Shown here: in pieces, positions 1 to 12,140 of the stretch | Layout of the letters: the number at the start of each line of letters is the position of its first letter | Position numbering within the stretch: the first letter of the stretch is position 1 | NCBI RefSeq assembly: GCF_009834535.1 | Contig: NC_045697.1 | Location: 89,406,001 to 89,470,000 of the forward strand | DNA: 64,000 bases | DNA from: Camelus ferus | Lineage: Eukaryota | Direction: 5' to 3' | Program-made: the position numbers and the translations under genes | The notes under the pieces: model-generated | Seen by the model: the letters and a program-made list of their open reading frames with translations, nothing else | Databases searched by the model: none | Told to the model about the DNA's origin: nothing

Positions 1-609
1 CTCAAGGTTGACTCGTTGTGAGGCTTCTATTTTATTCTCAACAAACAGTGCTTTGAAACATGACAGAGTTGGTCATCTTTCATGGTCAATGAGAAGAAAT
101 TTTAGAGGGTAGTCTAAATGACAGGTAAAGAGACTGACAGATAATATATTACTACCATATTTATTTGTATTCTCCATTGGTCTTAAGGAATCTTAATTAT
201 CTAGATTAAATGAAGTAAATTAAGTGATATAGAAAGTTCAGAAATGTTGATTACTTCCTAGGTTTTTACTTCACATCGGTTGCATGTTTTTGGAAAACTA
301 AAAATTCTACACATTCAAATCAAGAAGCTTGATTTTTTTTTTTTAAACTGAGAAAATGCCACCCTAATGTAATATTATCCTGGCATATCAGCAAGAATGT
401 GTAACATGAATTTCTCTGATCCAATGCCACACACTCTCCAAAGTTGTCTTGCAATTTCAATGTTTAGCTTCAAAATGTAAATATTATATTTTAATAGTGG
501 CATTGTTATTATTATCTATTATTATTATGTGATTTCATTTTTATTGAACTATTTTTTATGGCTATGTGGGTGTTTTGAATAAAAATAGTCATAGAAATGA
601 CAGCCAATT

Positions 610-765
610 TAGAGATAGGATCTACCACACCCACCCTTGTCATTTTGTAGATGAAATTGAGACCAAGGGAGATTGTGAGCAACACATGGATTTCCTACAA
701 TTTAGTGCCAAGCTGGGATTCAATTCAAACATCTTAATTCCTAGTTCAGTGACTTTCCTTATATA
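610..765 (-). mobile_element. MIR SINE fragment
   Basis: Core MIR motif in reverse (cattttgtagatgaaattgagacc...agctgggattcaattc). Confidence 0.7.
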
Positions 766-879
766 CCATCCAATAGATTAGCTAACTATATTTTGGATAA
801 TCATATAGGAAACCTCATAAAATTATGTGATGTGGTAATAAATGATTTCTATTTCTGGCTTGTCAAGGATTTGGACTGT

Positions 880-1560
880 ATAGAACATAACAAGCCCCAA
901 AGCCATTTATTATATTGTGCTATATGACATTCCGTCATGGGGGCCTGCCCGAATCAGATCTTCCTGGATGGCAAGGGGTCCGTTAAGTCAGTGCAGCCAA
1001 GCACTAAGTCCTCGTGTTTGGCTGCAGTACTGCTGGCGTTTGCCTGCCTCAGAGTGAGCACAAAGTCTCCCTGAGTGCTCTCACATGGTGTGAGAGGAAC
1101 GAATCGCATTAGGTTTTAACAATAAAGATGTAGTTACCTTCTGCCTTTTCCAGATTTCCTGTGTGACAAACGTCAGAATTAAACTGTTGCAACATTCAGC
1201 ACATTTTTTATCCAGATAAATATTGAAAACATATTTAATGCAATATTGAAGGGATTATAGCATTCAGAAAAGGGAAAGTCTGACTAATGCAGCAGCTGCA
1301 CAGCATTCCAGCGCACTCAAGCTATTGCCAGCGTTTATTAGCCAGTCAAGTCTTTGACAATAAACAATCCACAGTCCGGCTCATGCTCTCTGGCGGATAG
1401 TTGTTGGAAGTTTGTTTTCATGACGGCATTAACAGCTCTTGTTTCTGCAGGTTGCCTATTATTACTGCTTAATTAATGACGGAAGGCTTTTAAAAGAGCT
1501 TTATGTGGACTTCTAATTGCATTCTAAAAGATGGTATTTTTATGATAATGATCCACTTGT
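880..1560. promoter_or_regulatory. Candidate conserved non-coding/enhancer element
   Basis: Repeat-free block with higher GC and more retained CpG than its flanks; SOX/FOX-like AACAAT/TAAACA, TAATTAATGA homeodomain and CAGCTG E-box motifs. Conservation not tested. Confidence 0.35.
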
Positions 1561-1585
1561 AAAAGATAAATAAATATATATCAAA

Positions 1586-2015
1586 AATAGGAATTCTAAC
1601 AGAAAATAGGGTATCTGTTAACTGCAAAAATTGAGCTGCTTGTTTCTTAACACTTTATTTCAAAAACTTTGTATCTAAAAATAAAATGAGACAAAAGAAG
1701 CATATTTTTTTGTCCAGCCTTCTTCCATATATAAAGTCACTGTCTGCATCTTCTTATAACTGTATTATCTCGGGGGTTAGAATCAGGCCTGCTTTTGAGC
1801 AGGTTCCCACGGAAAGGCCCTAGTGGTTGCGGAAATGATTTCTTTCCTGATTGGATAGGTCTTGCTCTGAGTGATCTGTTTCCAGGTCATAGTAACTGAT
1901 ATTTTGAATATCACTTTTGGATAGAATGGATCATTTAATGTAGGCAGAAATCATTTTTGGTAGTTAAAATTTGAAGGTATCCAAATGATATGCCAAAGAA
2001 ATAATTAAAACGAGG
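1586..2015 (+). repeat. Left arm of ~430-bp inverted repeat
   Basis: Aligns to the reverse complement of 4941-5374 (about 28 substitutions and 2 indels, counted by hand). Confidence 0.97.
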
Positions 2016-2600
2016 AATTTTTTCCCCTTGGAGATGAATCTCTAGTAAATATTTTGAGGTAAAAGTGGAAATCTAAACTCAGGAAATTAAATGCAAATAT
2101 CTCTAGGACTTCAGTTGTAAAAAACTATTTTATGTAAATGTTAAGATAAAAGTTAACACAAAAGGTAAAGACTCAATAGTATGTTACTCATATATGTAAC
2201 ATTTTATTAGCAATTAATACTCCATATATGCACATATATCGAGGCCTATGTATTTTGCTATTAAAATTTAAACCTTGGCTTCTCTTATTTTTCTGCCTTT
2301 AATATATTACATCTAGAAAGTATTTAGAAATTATTTGAACAACAGGAATATGACCAATATGATTTCTGTTCCTATAAATATGAACATGATAAAAATGAAA
2401 TTTGATATATATAAGCACCCATATTTACATAACATTGTGATGTAACCTTTAAACATTTAATCTAGCATGTTTTGTTTTGTTTTTGATCTCCAGGAGTTTA
2501 CAATGTATAGATATTATCAATTACATAAACAAATTAAATTTGAATAATCTAAACATAACGTCTAAAACTTAAATTCATTTATTAAGAACCTCTACATCAT

Positions 2601-3127
2601 TACAATAGCCAAGACATGGAAACAGCTTAAATGTCCATCAACAGATGACTGGATAAAGATGTGGTATATTTATGCAATGGAATACTATTCAGCCATAAAA
2701 AATGACAACATAATGCCATTTGCAGCAACATGGATGTCCCTGGAGAATGTCATTCTAAGTGAAGTAAGCCAGAAAGAGGAAGAAAAATACCATATGAGAT
2801 TGCTCATATGTGGAATCTAAAAAAAAAAAAAAGAGAGAGAGAGAACATAAATACAAAACAGAAACAGACTCATAGACATAGAATACAAGGGGGAGGAGGG
2901 TGGGAAGGGATAGACTGGGAGTTCAAAATTTGTAGGTACTGACAGGCATATATAGAATAGATAAACAAGATTATACTGTATAGCACAGGAAAATATATAC
3001 AAGATCTTGTGGTAGCTCACAGCGATAAAAATGTGACAATGAATATATGTATGTTCATGTATAACTGAAAAATTGTGCTCTACACTGGAAAAAAATGAAA
3101 AAAAAAAAGTAAAAAAAAAAAAAAAAA
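2601..3127 (+). mobile_element. Young 5'-truncated L1 (ORF2 C-terminus + 3'UTR + poly-A)
   Basis: tacaatagccaagacatgg...atggaatactattcagccataaaa; A-tail; perfect 17-bp TSD aagaacctctacatcat at 2584-2600 and 3128-3144. Confidence 0.95.
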
Positions 3128-4402
3128 AAGAACCTCTACATCATACTTGTGAAAAGCTTATGAAACTTTCAGGCAGTTAAGTTTGTGAGATGTATGTAAG
3201 GAAGAATTAGGGTAAAACAATACTCCGTCCCCATGAAGATAATTGTACTCAATTAACAATTATTTAAATTAGACTAGTATCATAGAATAGTTTGTACGGC
3301 TATAGATATAGATAAAATTTAAAGCGCAAGTTAAATAACTCTGTATCTCAAGCCCAAGCTAGCTGTTATTGCATATCTGATCTCAGTCAACAATTATATA
3401 TTAATCTGTAAATGAATCTTTCAACCTTGTAGTAATCTCCTTTCTTAGAAAGACAAATCTCCAGTCTGTATGTAGGCTGAGATTCCAGGGTTAATATTTT
3501 GATAACATAAGCCCTCAGAAAATGTATCTTCTTTATAGGAATGGGAGAATGGGGAAGGATAATATTCTGTTCACCCCATGTGAGAGAGTTGTAAGTGGTT
3601 GTTTGATATAAATTTCATTTCTTTACAATTATTTGCCAAAATAGCATATACTTATTCTGTTGCTATGGAAGAATATGAAATCAATAACCTCCTATCTCAG
3701 GCTATGATTTATGATTGTCTCCTACTGATTCATTAGAATGTATTAAATTTTTGTTTTCCATAAAGCTTTTTTCTTAGTCAGTGTATGACATTATATAATT
3801 TTCTATTCTTGCTCTATCCTTGAGAAGCTTTCATTTTGGATAAATGGAAAAAATCTAAATAAAATGTATTACAATTTCAAAGGTGCTTTAATAAGAAATA
3901 ATAAGGCGCAAAAATATTTTTAAAGAAAACTTTTTAAAAAACATCTTCACAGAAGGGGATCAAACTTCTTTATACATGAGGGAGTATTTGGGCTGCATCT
4001 TCAAATATAACTATTAAATGTTCCAAAAGGCGATTTTCCTACAAGTATTTCATTGCTAAACAGTATAAAGTATTAGTAGTGTTAAGACCCAACTGAATAA
4101 ATATCTGTAGAGTTATACACAAACCAGTAAGACTTTTAAACAAACAAGAAGTGTCATATTTTCATCTATTCATCAAAGCTTTTTAGGGGGCGAAATGTAA
4201 GAAAAATATGTTTATTTTATTATGGTATTACAAATATACTTTCCACCATATATGTAAAACAACAACAACAAATTATCACTCAGCTGAATGATACAATGGA
4301 ACATGTATCCAGAAAGTTCATTAAACTTTCTAGTTCATTTTGATATTTTCACTGGTGGGACTGGTTACCTTAATCAAAATATGGACTATGCATATATAAT
4401 TT

Positions 4403-4759
4403 TGCTATAATCTGAATACTTATGTCCCCCCACATTATTTATGTTGAAATCTTAAACCCTCAAAGATGATAGTATTAGGAAGTACGGCCTTTGGGAAGTG
4501 CTTATGTCTTCACGAGGGTGGAGTCCTCACAAATGGGGTTAGTTTTCTTATAAGAGGCCACACAGAGATCCCTTGCCCCCTCCACCATGTGAGGAGGGGT
4601 TAGAACCATCTATGAACAAGGAAGTGGGCCCTCACCAGAACACAACTATATTCATGCCTGGATCTTGGACTCCCAAGCTTCCAGAACTGTGAGAAATAAA
4701 TGTTCTTGTTTATGAGTCCCCCAGTCGCTTGAAGTAAGCAGCCTAAAGAGACTAAGATA
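4403..4759 (+). mobile_element. MLT1A-like MaLR solo LTR
   Basis: tgctataatctgaat start, ccaccatgtgagga, cttccagaactgtgagaaataaat, gactaagata end. Confidence 0.9.
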
Positions 4760-4940
4760 AATATACATGGATTTTTAACAATTTATTGAGTCATTTATCT
4801 TCATTGTATTCTGTAAACAAAAACTCTTCTCAGCCTTTTCTGTGTACTACGTGAATATTTGTTGTTCATCAAAATGAAGCTAGACAAAGAATATGTGCTA
4901 TGCTACTGCTCTCCATTCCCACCCTGCATAGCCAGCATTC

Positions 4941-5374
4941 TTCTTGTTTTAATTATTTCTTTGGCATATATTTGGATACCTTCCAATTTGAACTACCAAA
5001 AATGATTTTTGCCTACATTAAATGATCCATTCTATCCAAAAGTGATATTCAAAATATCGAACAACTAGTATGACCTGGAAACAGATCGCTCAGAGCAAAA
5101 CCCATCCAATCAGGAAAGAAATCATTTCCACAACCACTGTGGCCTTTCCATGGGAACCTGCTCAAAAGCAGGCCTGATTCTAACCCCCAAGCTAATACAG
5201 TTATAAGGAGATGCAGACAGTGACTTTATATATGGAAGAAGGCTAGACAAAATTATATGCTTCTTTTGTTTCATTTTATTTTTAGATACATGGTTTTTGA
5301 AATAAGGTATTAAGAAACAAGCAGCTCAATTTTTGCAGTTAACAGATACCCTATTTTCTGTTGGAAAACCTATT
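4941..5374 (-). repeat. Right arm of ~430-bp inverted repeat
   Basis: Reverse complement of 1586-2015. Confidence 0.97.
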
Positions 5375-5449
5375 ATAGCTTGCATGGTGGTGGGGGGTAG
5401 GAGCTTCTAAATGAAGCAATCAAGCCAGATAACTAAAATAGTTTAATAA

Positions 5450-6970
5450 GTAGTCATCAACAAGGGAGACACACAGTTCATAAGTCCCACTTATATAGGC
5501 AGAGTTTCAAATCAGATTCAATTGCCCCATTTTAAAAGATAAGCAGAGAATCATAATCAAGAAGGGCCTCCAATCTGAATATGAAATAAGTAAATCAAAA
5601 AAGGAGTCTGTAAGAAACATTCAAGACAGGAAGAAAAAGTTACTATCATTAATATTCTCAGAGAGATAAAGAAAGAAATATATCCATGCAAGAAGACCAG
5701 GATGTAATAAAAAAAAGAGATAGCTGGGAACAAAAAAGAATTTCCAAAAATGTAAAATATACAGCAGAAATTGAGTGGAAAATAAAATTAAGGAAGCCTC
5801 TCATAAAGTAAACCAAAAAGACACTTTTATGGGTAACAGAAAAAAAAAAATCAGAAATCAGAGGATCAGGTCTGGAGTCTCAACATCTGAGTAAAAAGAG
5901 TCCTTGCAAAAGAGAAAAAAGAAAAAAAGAATGAGAAAATAAACTGGTTCAAGAAATTATTCTTGCATTGAGAGGATTAGTTTCTTAACGGAATAGAACT
6001 ACCAAATGCCTAGAAGATATGATCCCACAATTTCTGAACATCGAACGTCATCATCGATGAGAACAGCATCATTTTCAGAGAGGAAAAATAATAGTTTTTA
6101 TATGAGAAATTACGCACCATAGTTGAAGCTATAAGACATTGGAAGTATGCCTTAAAGTGTTAAGGACCTTTTTTCCAACCTACTATTCTAGAACTATCAA
6201 TTAAATGTGAATGCAGATGTTTTGCAATGCAAATGTAAAAAAACTGTTTATTTCCCTGAACTTATTCTCAAAAGCTACTAGTGGATAGTCTTAAAAAGAA
6301 AATGAATAATTAACAACTAACTAATTAAAGCTACAGAGTTTGAATAAATTTTTTTTAAAAAGGAAGAGTGAATCTGAAGGTGATAAAGAAAAAGACCTAG
6401 AGAGCAAACCTTCCTGACTGGAGCAAATCAGAAATCACTTTGAGCTGTATCTCCAGAAAAGATGACTTTTGTAGAACATCTGTTGCATTTGAATATATTT
6501 AGAAAAAAAATTTTATCACTAGAGGTAAACTTGGGAATTGGTAATTAATATATATACTTGGTGATTAATACATAGAAAACTAAACAGAGATAATTAGTAA
6601 CTCCTGCAGGGGGTGGGGGGAGGGATTGTTCAAGAAAAAAAAAACATTTATATTCTGTATGACTTAGATGTGAATCATGTCTACATAGCCATAATAATAT
6701 AAATGCATATTATTGATCTAACCAGAACTATAACCATGTTTAGGAATGGACAGATGGAAAGTGTGTTTGTTGCATTTTGTGGGAAAGAGAGCTAAATCCT
6801 CAAGACATAGAAATAAATAACAAATGCAACAACTAACGTAGTTCAAAGTCATTGCCTCTGGGAAGCAGTAAATGATGAGCGTTTTTTGAGGAGGGATTAG
6901 AAGAGTACTATTTTTCATCAAGAAACGTTTGACTCTTTAAACAACGTATAAGTTTGAGCAAATTAAATAT
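5450..6970 (+). mobile_element. Ancient HAL1/L1M-type ORF1-region remnant
   Basis: A-rich sense strand; aaggaagcctctcataaagtaaaccaaaaagac, gaggatcaggtctggagtctcaacatctga and attgcctctgggaagcag resemble HAL1/L1ME consensus. Confidence 0.6.
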
Positions 6971-9104
6971 AATTTTGATCAAAATATGATCATTTAAAAA
7001 AGAGATTATATGAAGTGGAAAGATAAAATACAATTCTGTTCAAGAGAGGAAACACCATTCTTGATTAAGATGTGTGAGAAAGAACCAGACCGGCAGCAAA
7101 AGTAATTGGGAAGCACTGAATTGTACTTAATTCTATACGACCTATACAAGTGCATGTCTTTTTAGCCTTGTTTGTTCCTTAATTCCACTGAGACTGCTTG
7201 CAAATTACTTGCAATTCTCTCTCAATGCTCACCAGATGGAATGTTTATCATATACTCCATTCTTTTCTTTGATCTGATAGAATACAGTTTACATTTAAAT
7301 CTAATCCAATTTTATTAAAAAAATCTAATGTTAAAAAATCACAAAATGCTAAGAGAACACTTACAGTATAATAAAATGCATGATTATAAACACTGTTACA
7401 AATCACACCATACATAAAACCACTTTAACTTTTAACCAGATTATCATCTGGAAGTCAATGTACACATTTTGAGATCCAGAGCCATTGCTCCAGTGTTTTA
7501 AATTAAAATGGAATTGTTCCAGAAGGGGAAAAAAAAAATACAAAAAACTCAAGAGCAGGAACACAAAGAATAAACAGAATAAACTTAAAAACCACCAAGA
7601 CAAATTTAATGTGTTCTAGGAGAGTTGAAATCAAGTATCAGTGAATTATTTTAAAATCATAGTACTAAATGGTCAACACATTAATGTATTCATTTTGAAG
7701 CTTTCCTGCAGAAAGGATCAGATAAGAACTGTATGACAGTGTCCCAGAGAATGACATCACAAATAAGTATATTCATTTTGCAGACTATTGGCCAAACAAC
7801 AACATATTTGGCAGCATAAACAAGTAAAGGGAAAGGAGTATGCTTTTTAAACTTCTCCACAATACTCTTGTTAAACCCGGCTCATGACTTCAGATTATGT
7901 GCAGCCCAAGGTTAAAAGGGAAAACGATCAAGTTGGACTCAGACTAAATTTGTGTTGAATTGGTAGAAGTAAATGTTACGAGTGCTAACAGTCAACATGA
8001 CTGATTATAAAGAAAGTTATTTTCCAAAATTTATTATTAGTTTTGTTTCTCAGGAAAAGATTTATTAATAAAATGGAAACAGTCTATTAAAGGTACTTAA
8101 ACCCACACTGCAAAATAACTCACTCTATAAAGTAGAATAATGGTTCATGTTTATACTTTCAAAGTTGTGTGTGTGTGTGTGTAAGTGTAGGGGGGAGCAT
8201 TTTGTTCTTAGAAGTTTTTCATAATCTTTCCTCTTTCAAATACAGGTGTATCATGAAATGGAATTAATATTAAGTTCAGATATAAAAAATACAATGTTAT
8301 ATACCATATGCAAATGACTACAACCAAATCAAGGAATTTATTTTGGTGTCGGAGAGATTATCAAACACTTAGGAGCTTCTAGAAGCCTAGACACTCCAAT
8401 CCATAACCAAGCACGGAGGCCTGACTCAGTGAAGATGCCTACCCAAGACACCTAGAGCAGTAAGACAAGTCTGAACCTGAGTACGTGCATTTCTCATTTA
8501 TGAGATCATGAATGTTTTTATATTCTAATACAGGTCTTTACCAAAAATATTCTCCTTTTAGGTCTGTGGTTAACATTTTCTTGATCCTCTCCTCTCAAAG
8601 ATCTGGAAGGATATGTATGAACTGTCTGTAGTGATATTCAAAGAGCCTAAACTCTAAATTTCACAGTGTCAGAGCGGTAAAATATGTCCACTGTTCAGTA
8701 AAACTTGAATAGGAAGATGTGGTTTGTTCAATTTTCCTGACTTAATGCCTAGTTACTGTTCTTTGAGACTGTTTTACCTGTGGCAACTGTATGCCTTATT
8801 TCCCTCTGTGTGCCTGTGTATGTGTGTTATTTAATTTAGATTAATTAAAACTATAGCATTAAGTTCAGTCACAAAACTTACCTTATGAGCTTCACCTCTA
8901 TTTCAGCAAAGCTTCAGACTCAAAGATGGATCAGTTCAGTCAAATAGTTCAGTCAAAAGACTAAGCAGATATGATTAAAGTAGGTAATTCCATGTGAACA
9001 ATCAGGTTGCTGGCTCCTTCTAAGGTACGTTGTAAAATAGAAGACCCGTGCGTGAGGAGAAATCCATAAATCTAGAAATATTTTTATATATTTTTGAAAG
9101 TATC

Positions 9105-9200
9105 AACTTTGGAGCCAGATAGATCTATGTTTATTACCAGTTTGGGAAATAATACTGACTCTGTGCTCCCTTATCTGTGAAATGGGATTGATAATGCAGA
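9105..9200 (+). mobile_element. MIR fragment
   Basis: tttggagccagatag...cttatctgtgaaatgggattgataat. Confidence 0.55.
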
Positions 9201-9222
9201 AGTTTTGTTTGTTTGTTTTTTA

Positions 9223-9375
9223 AGTGTGGCTTTCCAGGAGCCAATCTGCATCAGAATCATTATAAAACACACATTCATGGGCCCTACCTGAGATCCTGGT
9301 GGTGGGCATAGGATCTGCATTATTTACCAATATTCCAGGTGATTTTTATGCTCCCTAAAACTGAAGGGTCATGAC
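9223..9375. mobile_element. MER5-like hAT-Charlie MITE
   Basis: tgcatcagaatca...gggccctacc...atctgcattatttacc...ccaggtgatttttatgc. Confidence 0.75.
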
Positions 9376-10116
9376 TGAACCTCAGGATTAGTGTTTAGAC
9401 TGACATGAACAACCAAAATATTTAAGGCCCTGGCAAACTAAGCTAATTCTGAACCTGTTTTTAATGGGGAAATCATGAATTCTACATGCAACCTTGTGGC
9501 AGTTTTTGTTGTATGGGAGGAGAGGGAATCTCGTCAGGATGCTCCAGGGCCCCAGAGAGCAGCAGCCTGGTGTGGTGGGACAAGAAAGAGCTCTGGCTTT
9601 TAAGTGCTGGCACATTATCGCACTGAGCTCTAGAGCTCTTCTAAAGCCCAGCTCTGAACGTGTATGGGTGGACTGACATGAACATAACCTTGTGGGTTGT
9701 GTGGTTCGGGTGAGTGGACTTGCAGCAGGGAAGACAGAGGACAGCACTGTAACCACTGCCTTTACCCTCAAGGTCATTCCTCCTCCTTGGACACTCTATG
9801 ACCACTAGGTGAGCACTGCTTTTAAAAAACTTGAAAATGGCTAGTAAATGCAGTAGAAAATTTGAGTTGATTGATCCACAAAAAGGAAAGCATAACAAAC
9901 AACACAACTGAAAAGAGGATCTGATCACTCAACAGCAACAGCAAAGATAGAAATCTTGTCCTTCTTTCACTGCAGTTATCAATTGCAGGCCAAAGCAATT
10001 CTATTAACGCATACATAATTAATTGAAACTGTATAACAATTATGTAAGACATCATGACTTACTTAAGGAAAAAACCAAAATAACACTATGAACAAAGTAT
10101 TCCATACAAATGTTTC

Positions 10117-10183
10117 ATTTGTTTTTGGTTTTGTTTTTGTTTTGGGTGTTTTTTGTTGTTTGTTTTGTTTTGTTTTGTTTTTC
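10117..10183. repeat. (TTTTG)n-like simple repeat
   Basis: Visible directly. Confidence 0.8.
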
Positions 10184-11582
10184 AGCAAGATATTAGAATT
10201 AGACTCAAAAGTAATGGTTTGTCTTGTTCTGGATTGAGTAATTTGGCTAGGTAGAAATGCATTTTTCTTAAGTTTCTAACTATGAATGATAATATTCTGG
10301 CCCCAAGTTTAAAATGGTGGTCTGAATGACTGTGGATTTTGTAAATAATTTATTTTCTAATGTTCTTTAGATGCAAAATGTGAATGTGTTCTAAGGCTGT
10401 GAAAAATGAATTAAAACTCATCATTCAAGAGAAATGTGCTTAAGGTTTAAGAATGATTAAAGGAGATATCTAATGGAAGGGAGGATGTGAAAGGTTTATC
10501 TTTTATTGTTCCCTAGACAATGCACACATAGGGATTTATAAATGAGAATTAAATTACACATTAGAGGTTAGAAAGTACACGCAGCTCTCCCTTTCCTGGT
10601 TCACCATGGATTACAGTAGGTAGAACAAGTTCCTAGGAAACCTGGGCTACATTTGGAAAACAAAACAAAACAAAACAAAAAGCCTGTATGTTTTGGAGCA
10701 GAAATGACCAGAGGCCTAGTGGTTTGAGCTTTGTCCTGTATTCAGCTTCAGTTTAAGGATTTGTGAAACCAGATCTCTGAATTTCACATAGCTTAGCGGG
10801 GTTGGGTATGTGTGTTTTTTGTCCATATGCACACCATTTACATAAACAATCTTCTTATTCACTGTATAGAAGAGGCAGAGATAGGTGGTCCCTGTAAGCA
10901 AATCAGTTATATTTAATGGTTCGAGAACAAGGATGGGCAGGTAATCTTTACCCCAGGACTAAATCCCTAAAAGGAAGAGTGGGTAAGGCATTTCTGACAG
11001 GACTACTAGAATTAAATTTGGAAGAAAAATAGAGAAATGTACATAAGCCCCGTTTTCATTGTTCAGTGGTTAAATAGAGCTGGATTTTAAAATGTAATCC
11101 CAAATAATATTAAAAATTAACCCTAGAAAAATTTAAAGAAACTCTTGTAGTTGTAAAATAAGCTTCATCAGAGAGGAGACAAATTTAAAATAAAAAGGGG
11201 AAAATAACATATAGTATATAATTTATTTTTTCAGCACTGCAAAGTTAGGAAAAAATCCTGACAACAAAACTTGCACACTAAGAGCTAAACCCTTTTTAGA
11301 ATATCAGTATTTAAAAATCCTAAACTCCCTGTGGAATATTTATTTTCTAGGACTTTATAGCCACTTGGTTTATGTGTGGCAGGAACCAAAGACTGATATT
11401 TATATTAGTTCAGTCTGTGAAACATTTTCGATAGGCCTATTTCTGGTTTAGAGCTGGTTAGAATTGAAGTTGCCTGCAGCTCAGGTTTCATGTTAGGTCT
11501 GGCAATTTTTCCTTCATGTCATGAAAATTTTTCATCCTGAACACAGTCACCTCACAAAATCATCAGAGGGGAAAATATTCAC

Positions 11583-11584
<2 letters not shown>

Positions 11585-11615
<31 letters not shown>
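11585..11615. repeat. (AC)n microsatellite
   Basis: About 15 perfect units. Confidence 0.97.
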
Positions 11616-11618
<3 letters not shown>

Positions 11619-12004
11619 CCATTTAAAAAAAAAAAGAAACCAAACAAACACCTAGGAATCTGTTGTGCTGTTTCCTTGTGCTTTCTCCAGGAATGTTGCC
11701 GGTGGTCTTCTATACCTGCAGTCCTACAGACTGAATGAGACTGTGCTCTGAAGACCCTGCACATCAGTTCTCAGACAACCTTGTGATGTACACTACAGGA
11801 AACTGGTGACATTTTTGTTACTTTTTTGATTTGTTTAAAATATTTTAATAACACACACAAAACAGAAAATGCTTAATTTATCCTGCTTCATGATGAACAT
11901 TAAACTCTTCTTAAACTTTATCTAAAACAGAAGAGTTGACAATCAGAATGCTGCTGTCACTGGACAGGGTCAAAATACTGTAGGTATCAACATATCTTAG
12001 TAGA

Positions 12005-12140
12005 TTTTTAGGCAGGGAAGAAACTTTAGAAAAGTTCTTCCCCCATGTCTCATTTTAGAGTTCAGTACACTGAGGCAAAGAGAAGTGAAACATCTATATT
12101 CATACCTCATGCTAGTGGCAAAGCTAGTTTCTAAAGCAGC
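12005..12140 (-). mobile_element. MIR fragment
   Basis: ctcattttagag...actgaggcaaagagaagtgaa...gctagtggcaaagctag. Confidence 0.55.

Noticed and set aside
1586..5374. The inverted repeat as terminal inverted repeats of a DNA transposon
   Set aside because: No flanking TSD, no transposase remnant, and the spacer is ordinary genomic DNA with an ancient MLT1A
9625..9638. 14-bp perfect palindrome gagctctagagctc
   Set aside because: A few palindromes of this size are expected by chance in 64 kb
9388..10055. Cluster of overlapping ORFs (60-129 aa)
   Set aside because: No recognisable protein similarity or exon structure; consistent with chance frames
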